A program made the translations under genes and the position numbers. The notes under the pieces are model-generated. The model ran no database searches, was not told where the DNA came from, and worked only from the letters and a program-made list of their open reading frames with translations. Positions 12,025-25,791 of a stretch of DNA of 64,000 nucleotides are shown here, in pieces. This DNA comes from Parasitella parasitica NRRL 2501 (lineage: Eukaryota > Fungi > Mucoromycota), in NCBI GenBank assembly GCA_025201805.1, contig MU619240.1, positions 367,295-431,294 of the forward strand, in the 5' to 3' direction. The stretch's first letter is position 1; each line of letters starts with the position of its first letter.

Positions 12025-12859
12025 ATCACATAAGAAAGCTATTAAAAGAAAGATTCAAAAATGAAATTTTCTTTTTCCTAATCTTTTATTTGAACGCTTT
12101 TTTTTTATATATAAAATGATCATTTTTATCTCCCATTTATCTTTTTTGAACATTTTACGCTTGATATAATATGGTCAAAACGACGGTCGATTAACTAGGG
12201 AAATTGGCTTGTTCAAAATGCGTTTAAACAGCTGTAAACTTGAAAAATAATCTCACAATACCTTCAAACAAACTACTGCCGCATATCTGTATATTCGATC
12301 AATTACTACGCCGTGTATGAACACCATAATATTCTCTGCAAATATATTTTTACATGACGAATGCACAGCAGCATAGTTACTTTTGCCTTCAAAATAAATT
12401 TAACATCAATGAAGTCACTATAAAATGCACCACTGTGCGAGTATCACACTTTGTTATCATCAAACCTACTACCATAATAGAATTTATAACCTTTTTGACC
12501 GAATCAGGTACTTGATAGCTGTAAATTCAACTAAAGTACTAATTAAAAGGTAGATACAATGCCAACACGCTAATAAGCTACTCTTGTGAAGATTCTTTTA
12601 CGAAAAAAAAAAAAAAAGCCAATCTCGATATATGTACTCGCAACATTCGATGGATGACGCCAGTAAGCATATAATAGATAGATGCGATATTTACAACGAC
12701 TAGTCATCCTGAGCTAAAATATTGACAGTGTAAAACCCAAGCGTATTTTCTAAATAAGTTTGATTGGGGTTTTATTAATGTTCAAAAGAAAACATAACGT
12801 ACATGATGAAACATCTCGTATACATGTAAATAAAAACCCATAAAAGATAAGCGAGTTGT

Positions 12860-13374
<515 letters not shown>

Positions 13375-13671
13375 AGTAAAAACTAAATAGCAGATAGGTG
13401 ATGGATGAATAAGCTGGATAATTTCGTTTCCCAGATGGATGGGTTATCATCATTATGTGGATGTTGAGCATTACCTTTACGAGACGGTTAATAGAGGAGG
13501 AATGTAAACGATTTTGAATTGATTCCTCTTTTGATAATTTCTTGCCTCAAATCAAATATCCGGGTCCATATCCGAACGCATCCGGCCCGCATACGTGACC
13601 ATGGAACATTGCATTTTACTACTTGTACTCTGAATATGTAACTGCCAAAATCCTTCTCTACACCGTAAATC

Positions 13672-15136
13672 ATGTATGAGGTACTGAAACAAAAGTTTCC
13701 CGGGAGAGAAAAGCAAATCGAGCAATTAGATTATGCAACGGCAGCTAATGTAAGTAAAGTTGGATACTAGGGTCAATTTTAAAACTAACGTTAGGTTAAA
13801 TCGATAGTCTGGACAATCTAATTATTCACCTCAGAGTATATTTGTATACGGACCTCCTTCCACAGGCAAGACAACTCTCCTTACAGAGTTCTTCAAGCCT
13901 CATGGAGCCTATGTTAATTGTGTAGAATGCTTCACTCCACGTCTCTTATTTGAGCATTCTCTTGATAAACTCATTCAACATAAGCCCACCCACGCCAATC
14001 ACTATACAACTTCAAGGAAAATCGATAATGTGCAGCAATTTGTTAAAGCAATTCGTGAGCAGTTTAAAGGCAAGAAAGTGACAAAGTACTTGGTAAGAGA
14101 ATTTTGCGTAATTTGCTGGTGAATGACTCACATTAAGCAATGCAATGTACACGCACAGATCCTTGATAGAGCAGAACGAATTCGTGACATGGCAGGCACC
14201 ATACTACCTGTTCTTTTGCGTCTTTCGGAGCTCACCGAATGCAACATTTGCGTAGTGTTTATTTCCAACATTGTGTTTGAAAAGTTTCGTGTGAAAGGCG
14301 GCAGCATGGAACCTTACTTGATTCGATTTTCTGAATATACCCGTGAAGATACATTAGCCATTTTGCAGTTGGATTTCACACCTACCAGTATAGGTGATGT
14401 CGAGCTGAATGAGGTGTTTTATGCAGGATTTCTAGAGGTTATTTACTCCATTTTCTGCTACAATTGCAAAGATATCAATGAGTTACGCTATTTTGCATCG
14501 CTTTTGTTTCCTGTGTATATACGGCCATTGGTGAACGGGACAGTGCTGCCAGCCGAAAAGGCCAAATTGTTCAAGCATGCTCAACCTTACTTTTCAGAGG
14601 CCACAGAAAAATTATACTTGCGTGAGATGTCCAGTGCAGAATGGTCCCGCGAAACAAGAGATTTGGATGGTGGTGCTCGTCATATTAGTCGTCCTGCAGA
14701 GGTAGAATTGCCTTACTATACTCGTTTCTTGCTGATTGCTGCCTACTTGGCCTCTTACAATCCGCCTCGATTTGATGTTCGCTACTTTGCAAAGTCCACA
14801 AATGAGCACAGCAAGAAGAAGCGTGGCGGGGGTTCTCGAAAGGCAGCGGATAAATTAGGTGGTAAGATGAGGCAGCAATTGCTCGGTCCAAAGGCATTTC
14901 CTGTGGAGCGTATGTTGGCTATTTTCTATAGTATATTGGATGACACATTGGAAGATACCGTCGATATTCAACTGCAAATAACCAGTTTAACAACATTACG
15001 TTTGCTGGTAAGGACTACTGGTATGGATCGTCTAGATGGTGCTAAATACAAGTGCAATGTCAACTTTGAATTTATAAAAACAGTTGCAAAGACTGTTAGA
15101 TTTGAAGTCGATAAATATCTTTATGATTTCTGTTAA
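13672..15136 (+). CDS. ORC5: Origin recognition complex subunit 5
   Basis: FPGREKQI, Walker [35 protein letters not shown] and [16 protein letters not shown]; introns near 13750-13807 and 14092-14158. Confidence 0.92.
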
Positions 15137-15859
15137 ATTGTAAATTTAACTGTACAAAGATATTGAATAAACATGTATGTACATATAAAATCTCACCCCA
15201 AGCTGTTTTGATATTTTCATATGCATATGTTCTATACTATTTTCTCGAACCAATCTTTAGAAATTTGAAATAGGTCCTAGTCTTCCCTGGCCTTTGTCTA
15301 TGAGGAAGATGAATCAAAATATTGTCTATTGACAGTAGAGGCCAACATGTTTTTAATACCACGTCGGATTGAAGCTGAAGCTCACGAATGTTTATGCCTG
15401 AACAAAATTGCTATTGATGATACTGACTGAGCATTGATGGTATATTCCACAGAGCATTATAAACGTTTCTTTTGAAAATTTTCTTTTTAATAACTATTTG
15501 GGGATGGGTTTTGATATACCATTACAGTAGATGATAATTTTACGTAATACCACCAATATCAAGAGAAGCTTGCGGTTTCAAAAAACATAAAGGAGACGCA
15601 AGATGCTGTGAGATTGCTAAAATACATTCTCAATGCTTATTCGCACTAATCCTTTCTATACTGGCAATGCCTTGGGATCAATATAATATAATATCGGTTA
15701 ATTTTTGTAAACAATTTGTAAATCGAAATGTCACTTACTCAATAGCATTAAAAGGCCAAAATCAAAGATGTAGCGCTCGATTTATATTGAGCTATCCCCA
15801 AATTCTATTTTTGTTTTTTTGTCTTCAGTATCTGTTTTCTGTAGAAAAAAAAAATAGGG

Positions 15860-17422
15860 CTAAGTTGTTGAATTGTGCGCTTGGCAGTGGTGGTGTTTGG
15901 GTCGAAACAGGGGAAATTTGCTCCAAACAAAAGGCAACCAAGGCCAGCAGCACATTGTCTTCAGCATTAATAAAAACTATTTTTCCCAAGTTTCAAAACT
16001 CTGTACCCGTCTTCTGTGGTCCTCTTTCCTCGGGCCAACGAATTTGTAAAAGTGACCAAGCTGGTATATTGATTGATTGCTTGGAGCTTAAAGTGAGAGC
16101 GCGAGGTAGATTCAAGTGTTTAAAAACGTCAGCTTCATTTGTATCTGAACCATTAACATTGTCTTCGTCTTTGGTACCTTCTATGGTAGACGCTCACGTT
16201 TAGAATTAGTTTCTTTTATTAGTGTTTAAAGGCATAGAGCCACATACTCAAGATCTGAACCTATTGTACAGCTTCAAGTGAGATACAAAACGATTCATAT
16301 AAAAAAACATTGCCTCGGTAGTCTTTACAATGCCATTATCCGTGCCACTGAACCCGGCTGTTGTCAGATCCATGTCTCCATCCAGCTTGCATTCCTCTAT
16401 TCTTCTACACCATCCCTTGCTACCCACAGTAAAGGGCTGTAATGGTATTAGATTTTCTAAATCACCCACTAAAGGTTTTCCATTTTCATGAATCTCTCGC
16501 CTTAGTAACTTAAGTCTCTCTTTTGTATCTGGAATAGCCACTGTTAAGCCTCTCTTTTACCTTGGTTTGCCTTTATGGTTTTTTTTTGAAGCTTGGCCGA
16601 CTCTCTTTCAGTCTTCTTCAACAAGAGGTAATGGTCTTGATCGGGAGATAAATGGATCAACAGCAAGAAGTTCAAGAGCTTTGTAAGTAGCTTGTTGACA
16701 ATGGCGAGCCATCTTCATAACACGCAGGACAAATTTTGATGTGGGTTGGCTTCAATTGCCTTTTGGAGAGGCGAATTTTTAAGGGTAGACTCTTCAAACC
16801 TCCCTTGACCATAGTATGTCGAGTGTATTTGTTCTAAGTGGGACTCTAGAAACAGCGATTGATAGTGAGCATTGAACTCGTCATTCTCGAAACCGCTGGC
16901 ATCTAATGGCTTTGATAATGTGGTATCTTCCTCTATTGTTTTCGCAATTGTATTTAAGTTCAAGGTTCTCGTCATTAGATTCAAATGTAAACTCGGCAAA
17001 TAATAGAGCGACTTTGAGTACCTGCTTGCTCAAGTCAGAGCTTCAATTAGATACTTGATCCATGGTAGCACCGATTTTGTTGATGAATACCCTAATGTCG
17101 TCTAGCAAGCCGTCCCTGAGTACTTGATTCAAAAAAGTTGAGCATGTGCGAGAATTGCTTATCGTCATCTTGAGTTGCATCATCACTTTCTTAGTTGTTG
17201 ATTTTGCTGTTGCAACTGAAAGGATATCGCATTTAACAAGGAATTGTGGAGTGAGTTATGCCCGACTTCTTGGTTATGATTGCTGTTGCTTGTATGCATC
17301 ACGAAAGTAAATTATCTGTTCAAGTGCTGGTCACTACGCAAAACTAACTGATCGAGCATTTGTTCTTCTTAATCATCGATAGCAATAAGGCGTCTTTAGC
17401 GATCATTTAAAGCGGATGACAT
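15860..17422 (-). pseudogene. Degenerate, internally deleted Fanzor-like (TnpB-derived) gene
   Basis: Fragments LEQIHSTYYG, FSGTDNGIVKTT (RuvC-I-like Asp), HLKLYNRF, HLNLPRALTLS and the C-terminal AGLGCLLFGANFPCFDP. Many stops and frameshifts; no RuvC-II, zinc finger or RuvC-III visible. Assignment is from recalled family motifs. Confidence 0.55.
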
Positions 17423-18185
17423 AGATGACATATTATTAACAGGATTAAATGCGAAAAACAGTATTTTTTTTAGTAGAAATAAATCGAAAGTGTAAATGTT
17501 TACTAACTTCAGGCTCTAATAATAAACTAGATTTCCAGTTTAAGTTGGATTATACTCAAGACAAGGTATTGGCAAGTCAGGACTCAATTTACTGTCTCAA
17601 ATGCAGGGAAATATTCAGTTTCTGCTTGATTATTAGCATCATTCTCTCACTTAACTTCTACATTTGGAGGGGGGTCGATTTTTTTCCACCGATGCACGAT
17701 ATCGTTTTAATACAGATTCTTTTCTTTTCAAATTTCTTATAATACAAATATCACCATCAACACAAACGTTTGCTGGACTGGAATCGGCAATTTATCAAAT
17801 AAAACATGTTGGCAAAATGAAAACGACTTTCTGCCTATCAATTGATTTTTGAGAACATAATTAAATATGTGTGCTAAACAATCTCTGTCAAGAAATAGAT
17901 TCTGTATCAAACCATGAAGACTACAAGATTCTAGAAATACGGCCAATACCAAATACTGTTCCTACTTTTTTTTTTATTAACATTGTTGCTTATATCCTCA
18001 CATGCTGTAGACGTAGCAAAATCTTGTTTACTCATACAGTAGCTATTATTCTTAGCTGCAATTTGCAAAAATTTTTTTTTGCATTTCACTATAATACAAT
18101 CACACATTAAGGTTTATACAGCACAAGCCTTAAAAACTTGTATTTAATTGTTTATTTCTGTGTTTAGCGTATGGTTCCTGATAAA

Positions 18186-19616
18186 TCATTGGTGTTGTTG
18201 TTGAGTTGCATCAATGACTTCACTCTCAACGTCCAAAAAGCCGTAATCAGAGCACAATTGTACCAATTTTTCAGCTTCAGGTACAGCAATTTTCTCCAAA
18301 ACTGTGTTAATTTCATCTAAGTTACCGGTTTTAAGTGCATCCTGAAATTTGGATGGCATTGCAGTAAAAATCTTATAGGCTTCTACATGTTCAGGTTTAG
18401 GCACACGAATAGTCAGCTGAGTTCCATCACCCATTGGTTGCAGTTGGATTGTCTCCACACCATTCTCCTCTGTAACTTCCTCGGCTGCAATCTCCGCACA
18501 ACGAGTTTGAATGTGAGAATATTTCCTTTCAACATCATCAAAGAACATCTTGTAACCCTCGGTCTTGGTTGAGCCCATTCTACAAATGCATAGTGTCAGT
18601 ATAGATTAGTAATTTTCCTTCATTTCATTACTTTGAAAAAAAGCGGCTGACACCGTCTTTGCCTAATTGACCACACCATACAAGCATCAAGGATTGAATA
18701 ACACAGTTTCTGGCATATTCTTTATCACCCTTCAATTGTGCAGTAAAGGCTTGCCCAAGAATAGAATCAGATGTTTTCTCATTAATTATGTCACCGTTCC
18801 TTTCGAGATATTTATAACTGGTCTCGAAGCTTTTGATTTTGGAAAACTCTGCTGCTTTGGGAGACATTTCGATATCTTGATCGCCATCATCTTCGTTGTC
18901 TGCATCACTACTGGTATCTAATGACAAATCCCTCATCGCTGCGTTGGGGTTCAAAGTCTCAATTTCCTTTTTTTTCCCGGTTTTTTTGGGGATGATCTAG
19001 AAATAATTCACATCAGTGCCTGATTTGCCTTTGACACTATTCTTTGCAGACTTACTGTTTTGTTTGATTTTTCAGACGTAAACATATTTTCACTTGTCAT
19101 TTTTTTTGAGGCCTGTTCTTTTAATTTCGCCAATTCGCGTGATGCGTCGGTAACAGTCTTTTGCACAGCATCCTCCGTTTGACTGAATCTGTCCAGCAAC
19201 GTCTTTTTCACTTCGGCAGGAGGATTAGATGCCAAACCAGCAGCAATTTGAGTTTTCATTGCTGCAAAGACCTGAGTTACGTCCATCTCTTTACCACTCG
19301 CAGAAGGCACCTTCATTTTGGGATCGGCCTCAGTTTGTTGTTTGTCAAGCACTTCAACTACCTTCTTAATGCCATCCAAATCATCTTCGCTGTCTCTCAA
19401 CATGCTGGTCAACTCTTGGACTTTCTTCAAAACAGTTTCTTGTTGAGGCACAAATTGTGTTAGATACTCGATTTTGGCTTTGCGTTCAGCACGCTCACGA
19501 TGAATAGCTTCCTGCTTCCATTTGATCATTGAGCGTTTATCAACATTAGGGTGAACCTCGATATCAGAATCATCAGAAAGTTCAAGATTATCCCATTTAC
19601 TGTAATCCAAAGGCAT
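18186..19616 (-). CDS. CDC37: Hsp90 co-chaperone Cdc37, 3 exons
   Basis: MPLDYSKWDNLELSDDSDIEVHPNVDKRSMIKWK N-terminus; C-terminal FQDALKTGNLDEINTVL. Confidence 0.96.
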
Positions 19617-20063
19617 ACTGTATTTAGATTTTAATTTTAGACGAAAAAAGTGAGGGAGCTGATAGAATATTCAAGAAACATGTTCTTTCCAGTTGCTGGT
19701 GCAAAGTGACGTTTGTTTTGAGGCTTCCGTGTAGCTTCTTTACTTGGGTATCCACTGTTCGTTACAAATAACCAATCTAGCTTTTCGTTTAAAATGGTAC
19801 GGCAGGGCTTATCTTCAGGTCGTAAAACTATATTCGAGTAACACATGTATATTGTTTCCATGGATACCGTAAAAGCGGATCAAAATGTTGGTCGGCTGGA
19901 GGTCATATAGATGCTTAGATCAAGGTTGCAATATGTAATTGTCTTTCTCATTAAAGGGGACAAGATGCGAATGAAGTAAATTTAGTGAAAAATATTTACT
20001 ATAGCTTTTGAATTGGTTGAATCAAAATGCGTTGTATCTATGTTTATTTTATGGAGAGATAAA

Positions 20064-21350
20064 TTATGGCTGTTGTTGCTGGACTTTTTCGTTTGCAAGA
20101 ATAAGCGGTAGGCCGTTTTTACGCTGAAAACGGGCAACCATCTCACTGATCAGAGAAATAGAATCGCTCCCTAATTCATAGTAATAATCTGTCTTTTTTG
20201 GATTGAACATGCTAGTATGAGCAGCAATTTCGTTTTCGGCAGAAGAGGGCACAGGCACAAACAAGTATGCGATGTCTTCTGGAGGCAATTTGATGAACGT
20301 TTTTGGTTTATGATCGCTCCCAAGTTCGCTCAACTATCATAATTTTACAGAATTTAGTACATGTATATTCCAGCACTGCAGAAAGCCCAACACATTCGCC
20401 CAAATACCTGCACATAAAAGCATTTGAAAAATATGTCGGGTATCTTGAGTAGTTTCTTGACTCTCTGCTCGCAGCCGTGTAGGTCTGTTAAATCGCTAAT
20501 AAAAGTTAACTGATCATACGCATCAGTTATAGTCGCTTGGATCTTGTCACGAGCAATGTAGGCAGCGGCCCCAATGGCAGCAGCTCCAACAACACCGGCA
20601 AACAATCCCCATTTTTTGGCGCTTCCTCCACCCCCACGCCCTGATGAGCTGCTAGCAGTAATTGCTCTAGTTGCTGTGGCTGCTGTTACAGTGGCTGCAC
20701 CTGTGTTCCACAAATTCCCTAGACCTCGAACCTGATCAACACTTGACCATGCTTTCTCTGCCACAAAGTTTTGGTTGATCGAGTAAAAAGGTGTATCGAA
20801 TGCGAGCATTCCAATGATCGTAGCTCCTTGCAATTGATCCACACAAGTATCTTTGTTCTCGTGAAATTTTAATATGGTTTCCGCAGCTACAGAAATACAA
20901 CGTTGGGTGCATGTAAATGCTAGACGGCTTATGTAACTACTTACAAACAATGCCTCCCATCGAATGGCCCAGCAGAGCAATCATCATCTTTCCTGAACTA
21001 TCCAGTCTATCCATGTCCCTTTTTATGTCATCTACTTGTAGACATAGCCAAGTAGAAAAATTTTCGACGGCTACTCTAAGATCACTATGTATTTCACGCT
21101 GATGATGAGCATTTCATGATAATGCATTATTATTGAGCTTACCCAGCAGTTTTGTAAGAAGGATATACAACGGCATTAACATCCGCCTTGACGGTATTTG
21201 TCAGTATGGTTTGAAGTCTATTGGGAAAGTCCTATAAGGGGCTTACTCAGTCCATTGTGCTTTGATAGACACAAATGGCTTTAATCTTACTTTAAAGCTT
21301 GTGTCTGTTCCTCTGAATCCATGAACAAAAACCAACAACAATCTATCCAT
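20064..21350 (-). CDS. Alpha/beta hydrolase (DUF676/PGAP1-like), multi-exon
   Basis: MDRLLLVFVHGFRGTDTSF, nucleophile GHSMGG, LAFDTPFY, RTFIKLP-like KTFIKLPP, and NEIAAHTSMF. Confidence 0.8.
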
Positions 21351-21421
21351 GCTATCTTTATTTGTTGTCATTGTATGAGAAAAGAGTGCAGAAGAAAGAA
21401 AAAGAAAAAATTACTACATAT

Positions 21422-21896
21422 TTAGTGGTATGATAACGAAATAATACAGCCGCCTTTGTCATCTGAAAGCGGGTTTTTAGCATTTTCAATTTGTGAAATA
21501 AGCAAATCAAATATTTTTTTGGCTGGAAAATAAGAGTTTGCAGCAGTTCATTCTTCTCGTCAAACATAAAATTCTACTTACAGACATTTTTGTCGTGTTT
21601 GGCAGATGTTTTGATGATAGAACATTGCCACTGATCCCCCAAATCCTTCCCTTCTTGCAAACTTACTTGTCTTTGTATGTTCAAATCAAACTTGTTTCCT
21701 ACAACCACACAAGGAACACTTTCGAGTCCTGTAGAATCCAAAATTTTGTCGCGTATGATCTTCACCATATCAAAACTCGATCTTGAAGAGATGGAATAGA
21801 TTAAAACATAACCGTCCATACTGGATGCATGATGAGACGGCAAAATTGAGTATTCGTCTTGGCCAGCTGTGTCCATGGTTTCCACACTGTATTTCA

Positions 21897-21968
<72 letters not shown>

Positions 21969-22209
21969 AATGGCTAGTCTGCTAATACCGTTTCTTTTAT
22001 ATCTGATAGGCTTTGTAAATGTGTTTTCAATGGTAGGATAATAGCTCACGACAAAATGGTTTTCACAAAATTGGATCACAAGAGATGATTTGCCTAACAA
22101 CATGTTTCAATTTGAATGTTACTATAGCAAGCCATTATTTGTCTCTGCCAACGGCGCGAGCACCGAGTGCTGCAATTCTTTGGGATTTTGGAGGAGTTGT
22201 ACTGAGCAT
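21422..22209 (-). pseudogene. Rheb (Rhb1)-like small GTPase, apparently damaged paralogue
   Basis: GARAVGKSS, YYPTIENTF, DTAGQDEYS, VGNKFD, TSAK and GGCIIS are present. It needs a GC donor, has an out-of-frame junction at the poly(A) intron, and its CaaX is followed by LSYH. Confidence 0.7.
21899..21967. repeat. T69 homopolymer
   Basis: 69 consecutive T. Confidence 0.95.
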
Positions 22210-23244
22210 GATCGAGAGATGGAGTAAAAAGAAACTGCAATGCCAGGCAACCACAGCAACAACGTCATCACACGCTGAAATCAATTTCACATGAGCAATT
22301 CCGTATTGTAAATCACCATGACAACTTGCATCGTTAATGATGCATGTGCAGCTCGAATTCCTATAAAACACATTTATTCATTACTATAACTACTGATGCT
22401 GTCTGTCTTTTCAAACCAACAGCTAGTGATTTAAGTTTGATGTCGTAAATGCAAGCGTAACTCAAGATTCACACCGCTTTCACTAAATAGAAAAAACATG
22501 TAGCACAAATATTGTTGAATCCCTTTGCTATGTTACAGTCGATCCCATCATACACGAGGTAAGCCTTAATTGACTTGATATAGACATTTTTTGGGCAGCA
22601 TTACACTCAAAAATGCATTTTCCCATCAAATTGAATGCCAATAAAGTTCTTATCATCTATACTGTTTTCATCAGTATAATAAAGCTACATTGTAAATACA
22701 AAGAAACTGTTCCCATCGGATTAAACAGCGCTCATACACTTTAACCCAATGATGTTGCAAGAAAAAATGTGTCATATACACAGTAAAAGGGGCTGTAAAA
22801 AACGCCATGTCATGCTCGCGTCTGCCTCAAGCCAAGGAACTCTACAAAATCTCAATAAAGCTCTATTATTATTGCAATTGTCGAAGGGAATTTGCAAGAA
22901 ACCCAAACTCCATAGTGATAATTTATAGAATACAGGTTAGTTCTCAATACAGCGATTTACTCGTTGTGCCGTATGATTCGTTGGCAGGGCAGCCTTTTAC
23001 CCTAAAAAAGACAAAAAACCTTGACAAAGAATAGTCGAAAAGGCTTATTTCTCCTCTGGAGGCCAAGCAAATTTTAGTTACGGGCTGAGCATATGACATC
23101 CTGGCTGGGGCAGATCTTTTTAAGCTTTTGTGTGAAGTGTTGTCTATTTATTTCCCCACACAAAACACGTGAATCAGCAAAAAGTATAAATCAGTTTGAG
23201 AAATCGAGATAGCATCTTCCTTCCTACTTCTTTTTTTTTCGAAA

Positions 23245-25579
23245 ATGACGACTGATCCCTTTCGCCACCGTGTATCACCTTCTATTGAGTTCAACGAGGG
23301 CCAGCTGGAGACGCTAAAGGCCATCCTAGATACGTTTATTGCGCCTCTCCCTAAAGAACAAGAAGATGAACTTGTGGAGAAACTGAAAGACACACACACT
23401 GAGGAACAAGTTCGCAACTTTTGCAGATTGACCAGCACTTCTATTCAGTCATTGGAATCCATCAAGAAGTTTATTAATAATACAGTGTTGCCAGACAAGC
23501 GTAAAGAGCTTTTGTTAATGTTGTCGTTACTTTCTTCTCGTCCTGGCACTTTTGCATTAACTGGCCATTTTAATGAATTCAAGGATCTCTCCTTGGCTAA
23601 TCGCGAAGCCATCTTTATTAATTGGAAAAACTCAATCTTGCCAAAGCTGAGATTACTATATAAGACGTTCCACTCGCTATCTTGCCATCCAGCCTACGCC
23701 GCACACTCCAGGGATTTGGGCATTGCTATGCATTATAATTTAGTCAAAGATCAAAAATACGAGAACATACCAGAAAGACTGGACATGTTGAAGCCAGAAC
23801 AAGTACATGAGGATATGGAATTTGACGTTGTTGTTATTGGAAGCGGTGCTGGTGGAGGTATGTCTATCTGCTCCAACGTATCGCAATAGAAAATGTATAT
23901 TTGTATTGACATTCTTCTCTTTGTGATATAGGTGTTGTTGCTAGCCAATTAGCCCAAGCTGGCAAATCTGTCCTTGTTGTTGAAAAAGGGGCTTATCATC
24001 ATGAGGATGAATTCATTGTCGATGAGTCCAAAGCCTTTGAGAACTTGTATGAATACGGTGGATTCGCTCCCAGTCATGAGGGTTCTATTACCATGCTGGC
24101 AGGCAGTGTTTTCGGCGGTGGCACAACTGTCAATTGGTGTGCATCTCTCAAGGTAATTTTTCAGATTACCAAAAGCATGCGTATTTTTGCTAAACAGCTT
24201 TTACATGACAGCTTCAACATTTTGTGCGTGAAGAATGGGCCAAGCAAGGTTTGACTCACTTTTTGTCACCAAAGGTAATGGCATGAGCGTCTTTTTTGAA
24301 CATTGGTCAAAGCGCTAACAAATGTCATAGTTTGCTAATGATCTTGAGAGGGTTTTTGAAAGGATTGGTGCCACAACTGATGGTATTGTCCACAATAAGT
24401 CCAACCAAATCCTGATTGATGGCTGCAAGTATGTATTGACAAAGAACGGAGCATGCACATTATTGAATAGAGCTAACAAATACGTTGTTAAGAACCCTTG
24501 GCTATCCTGTTGCAGAAATCCCTCAAAATACAGGTGGTAGACCACATCAATGCGAATTCTGTTACACAGGCTGTAGAGCAGGCATCAAGAATGGCTCAAT
24601 GAACACCTGGCTTCGTGATGCATATCAGCACAATGCCAAGTTTTTGCCCAAGACAAAGGTGAACAAAGTTATCATTAAAGACGGTAAGGCTGTTGGCGTC
24701 GAATGTGTTGTCAATTATGAGCGCAAGGTCAGCATTAAAGCTGCTCAAGTGGTTGTCTCTGCTGGATCTTTACAATCACCAGGCGTGCTGTTGAGAAGTG
24801 GTCTCAAAAACAAAAACATTGGCCGCAACTTGAGACTTCATCCCTGTTCCATCACTTTCGGTTTCTTTGACCATGAGATCCGTACTTTCCAAGGCTCCAT
24901 TATGACAGCTGTCAGTGGCATAGCAGAAAACATTGATAACGATGGCTATGGCGCCAAATTGGAAGTGCCTTGTCTTCATCCTGGCAGCTTCTCTACGGTC
25001 CTACCTTGGCGAAGCGCTGCTGCTCACAAGGAATTGATGATGCGCTACGACCGCTGTGCTCCTATTTTGATATTGACTCGCGATAAAGACTCTACCGGTG
25101 TTGTTCGCTACGACGACAAGGACAACGTCATTGTGAATTTTAAATTGTCTAACCGGGATCGTCAATCATTGATTGCTGGCATTGAACGTTCTCTTAACGT
25201 TCTGGTTGCTGCTGGTGCTCGTGAAGTTTATACTGGTCAGTTTGGTGTCGATCCATTTGTGTTCAAAGACTCTGAAGAATCCCGCATTGACAACCCTCGT
25301 TTCATTGCTTGGAAACAACAAGTTACCAAGTATGGCTTCCCACAAGAAGGCGCTGGTGTTTTCTGTGCTCATCAAATGGGTTCTAACCGAATGGGTATCT
25401 CTGCGAAAACCTCAGTTGTCAAGCCCACTGGCGAGACTTGGGAAGTCAAGAACTTGTTCGTCGCTGATGCCTCTGTTTTCCCCACAGCTTCTGGTGTAAA
25501 CCCTATGGTAACAACTGAGGCTATTGCACTGCACATTGCAGACTGTATCTTAAGTAAAAATAACATTGCCAAGCTTTAA
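23245..25579 (+). CDS. Long-chain fatty alcohol oxidase/dehydrogenase (GMC family), multi-exon
   Basis: DVVVIGSGAGGG FAD motif, AGSVFGGGTTVNW, CEFCYTGC, NLRLHP, AHQMGSNRMG and ADASVFPTASGVNPMVT. Confidence 0.92.
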
Positions 25580-25791
25580 AATTGGCTTGACGAATAAATT
25601 ATTGCAAAATATTCTATCCATAACTGATAGTACACCCCAGCTAAGCTTGAAAAAAAAAAAAAAAAAAAAAGAGCTTTATATAAGGAAAAGCGATGATAAA
25701 AAAAAACGATGTCGTTAAAAGCGTGAAAGATAGAGTAATGGGGAAAGGAAATAAAATGTATGTATACTAGAATTGAAACTAAAAATGGTGA

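Noticed and set aside
15667-16203. 178-aa plus-strand ORF
   Set aside because: Antisense shadow of the minus-strand Fanzor-like relic; no recognisable motif.
21783-22103. Poly-Phe and poly-Lys ORFs
   Set aside because: Produced by the T69 homopolymer.
22985-23080. U5 snRNA loop-like GCCTTTTAC
   Set aside because: The flanking stem is weak and the Sm-like site is at the wrong spacing; probably chance.
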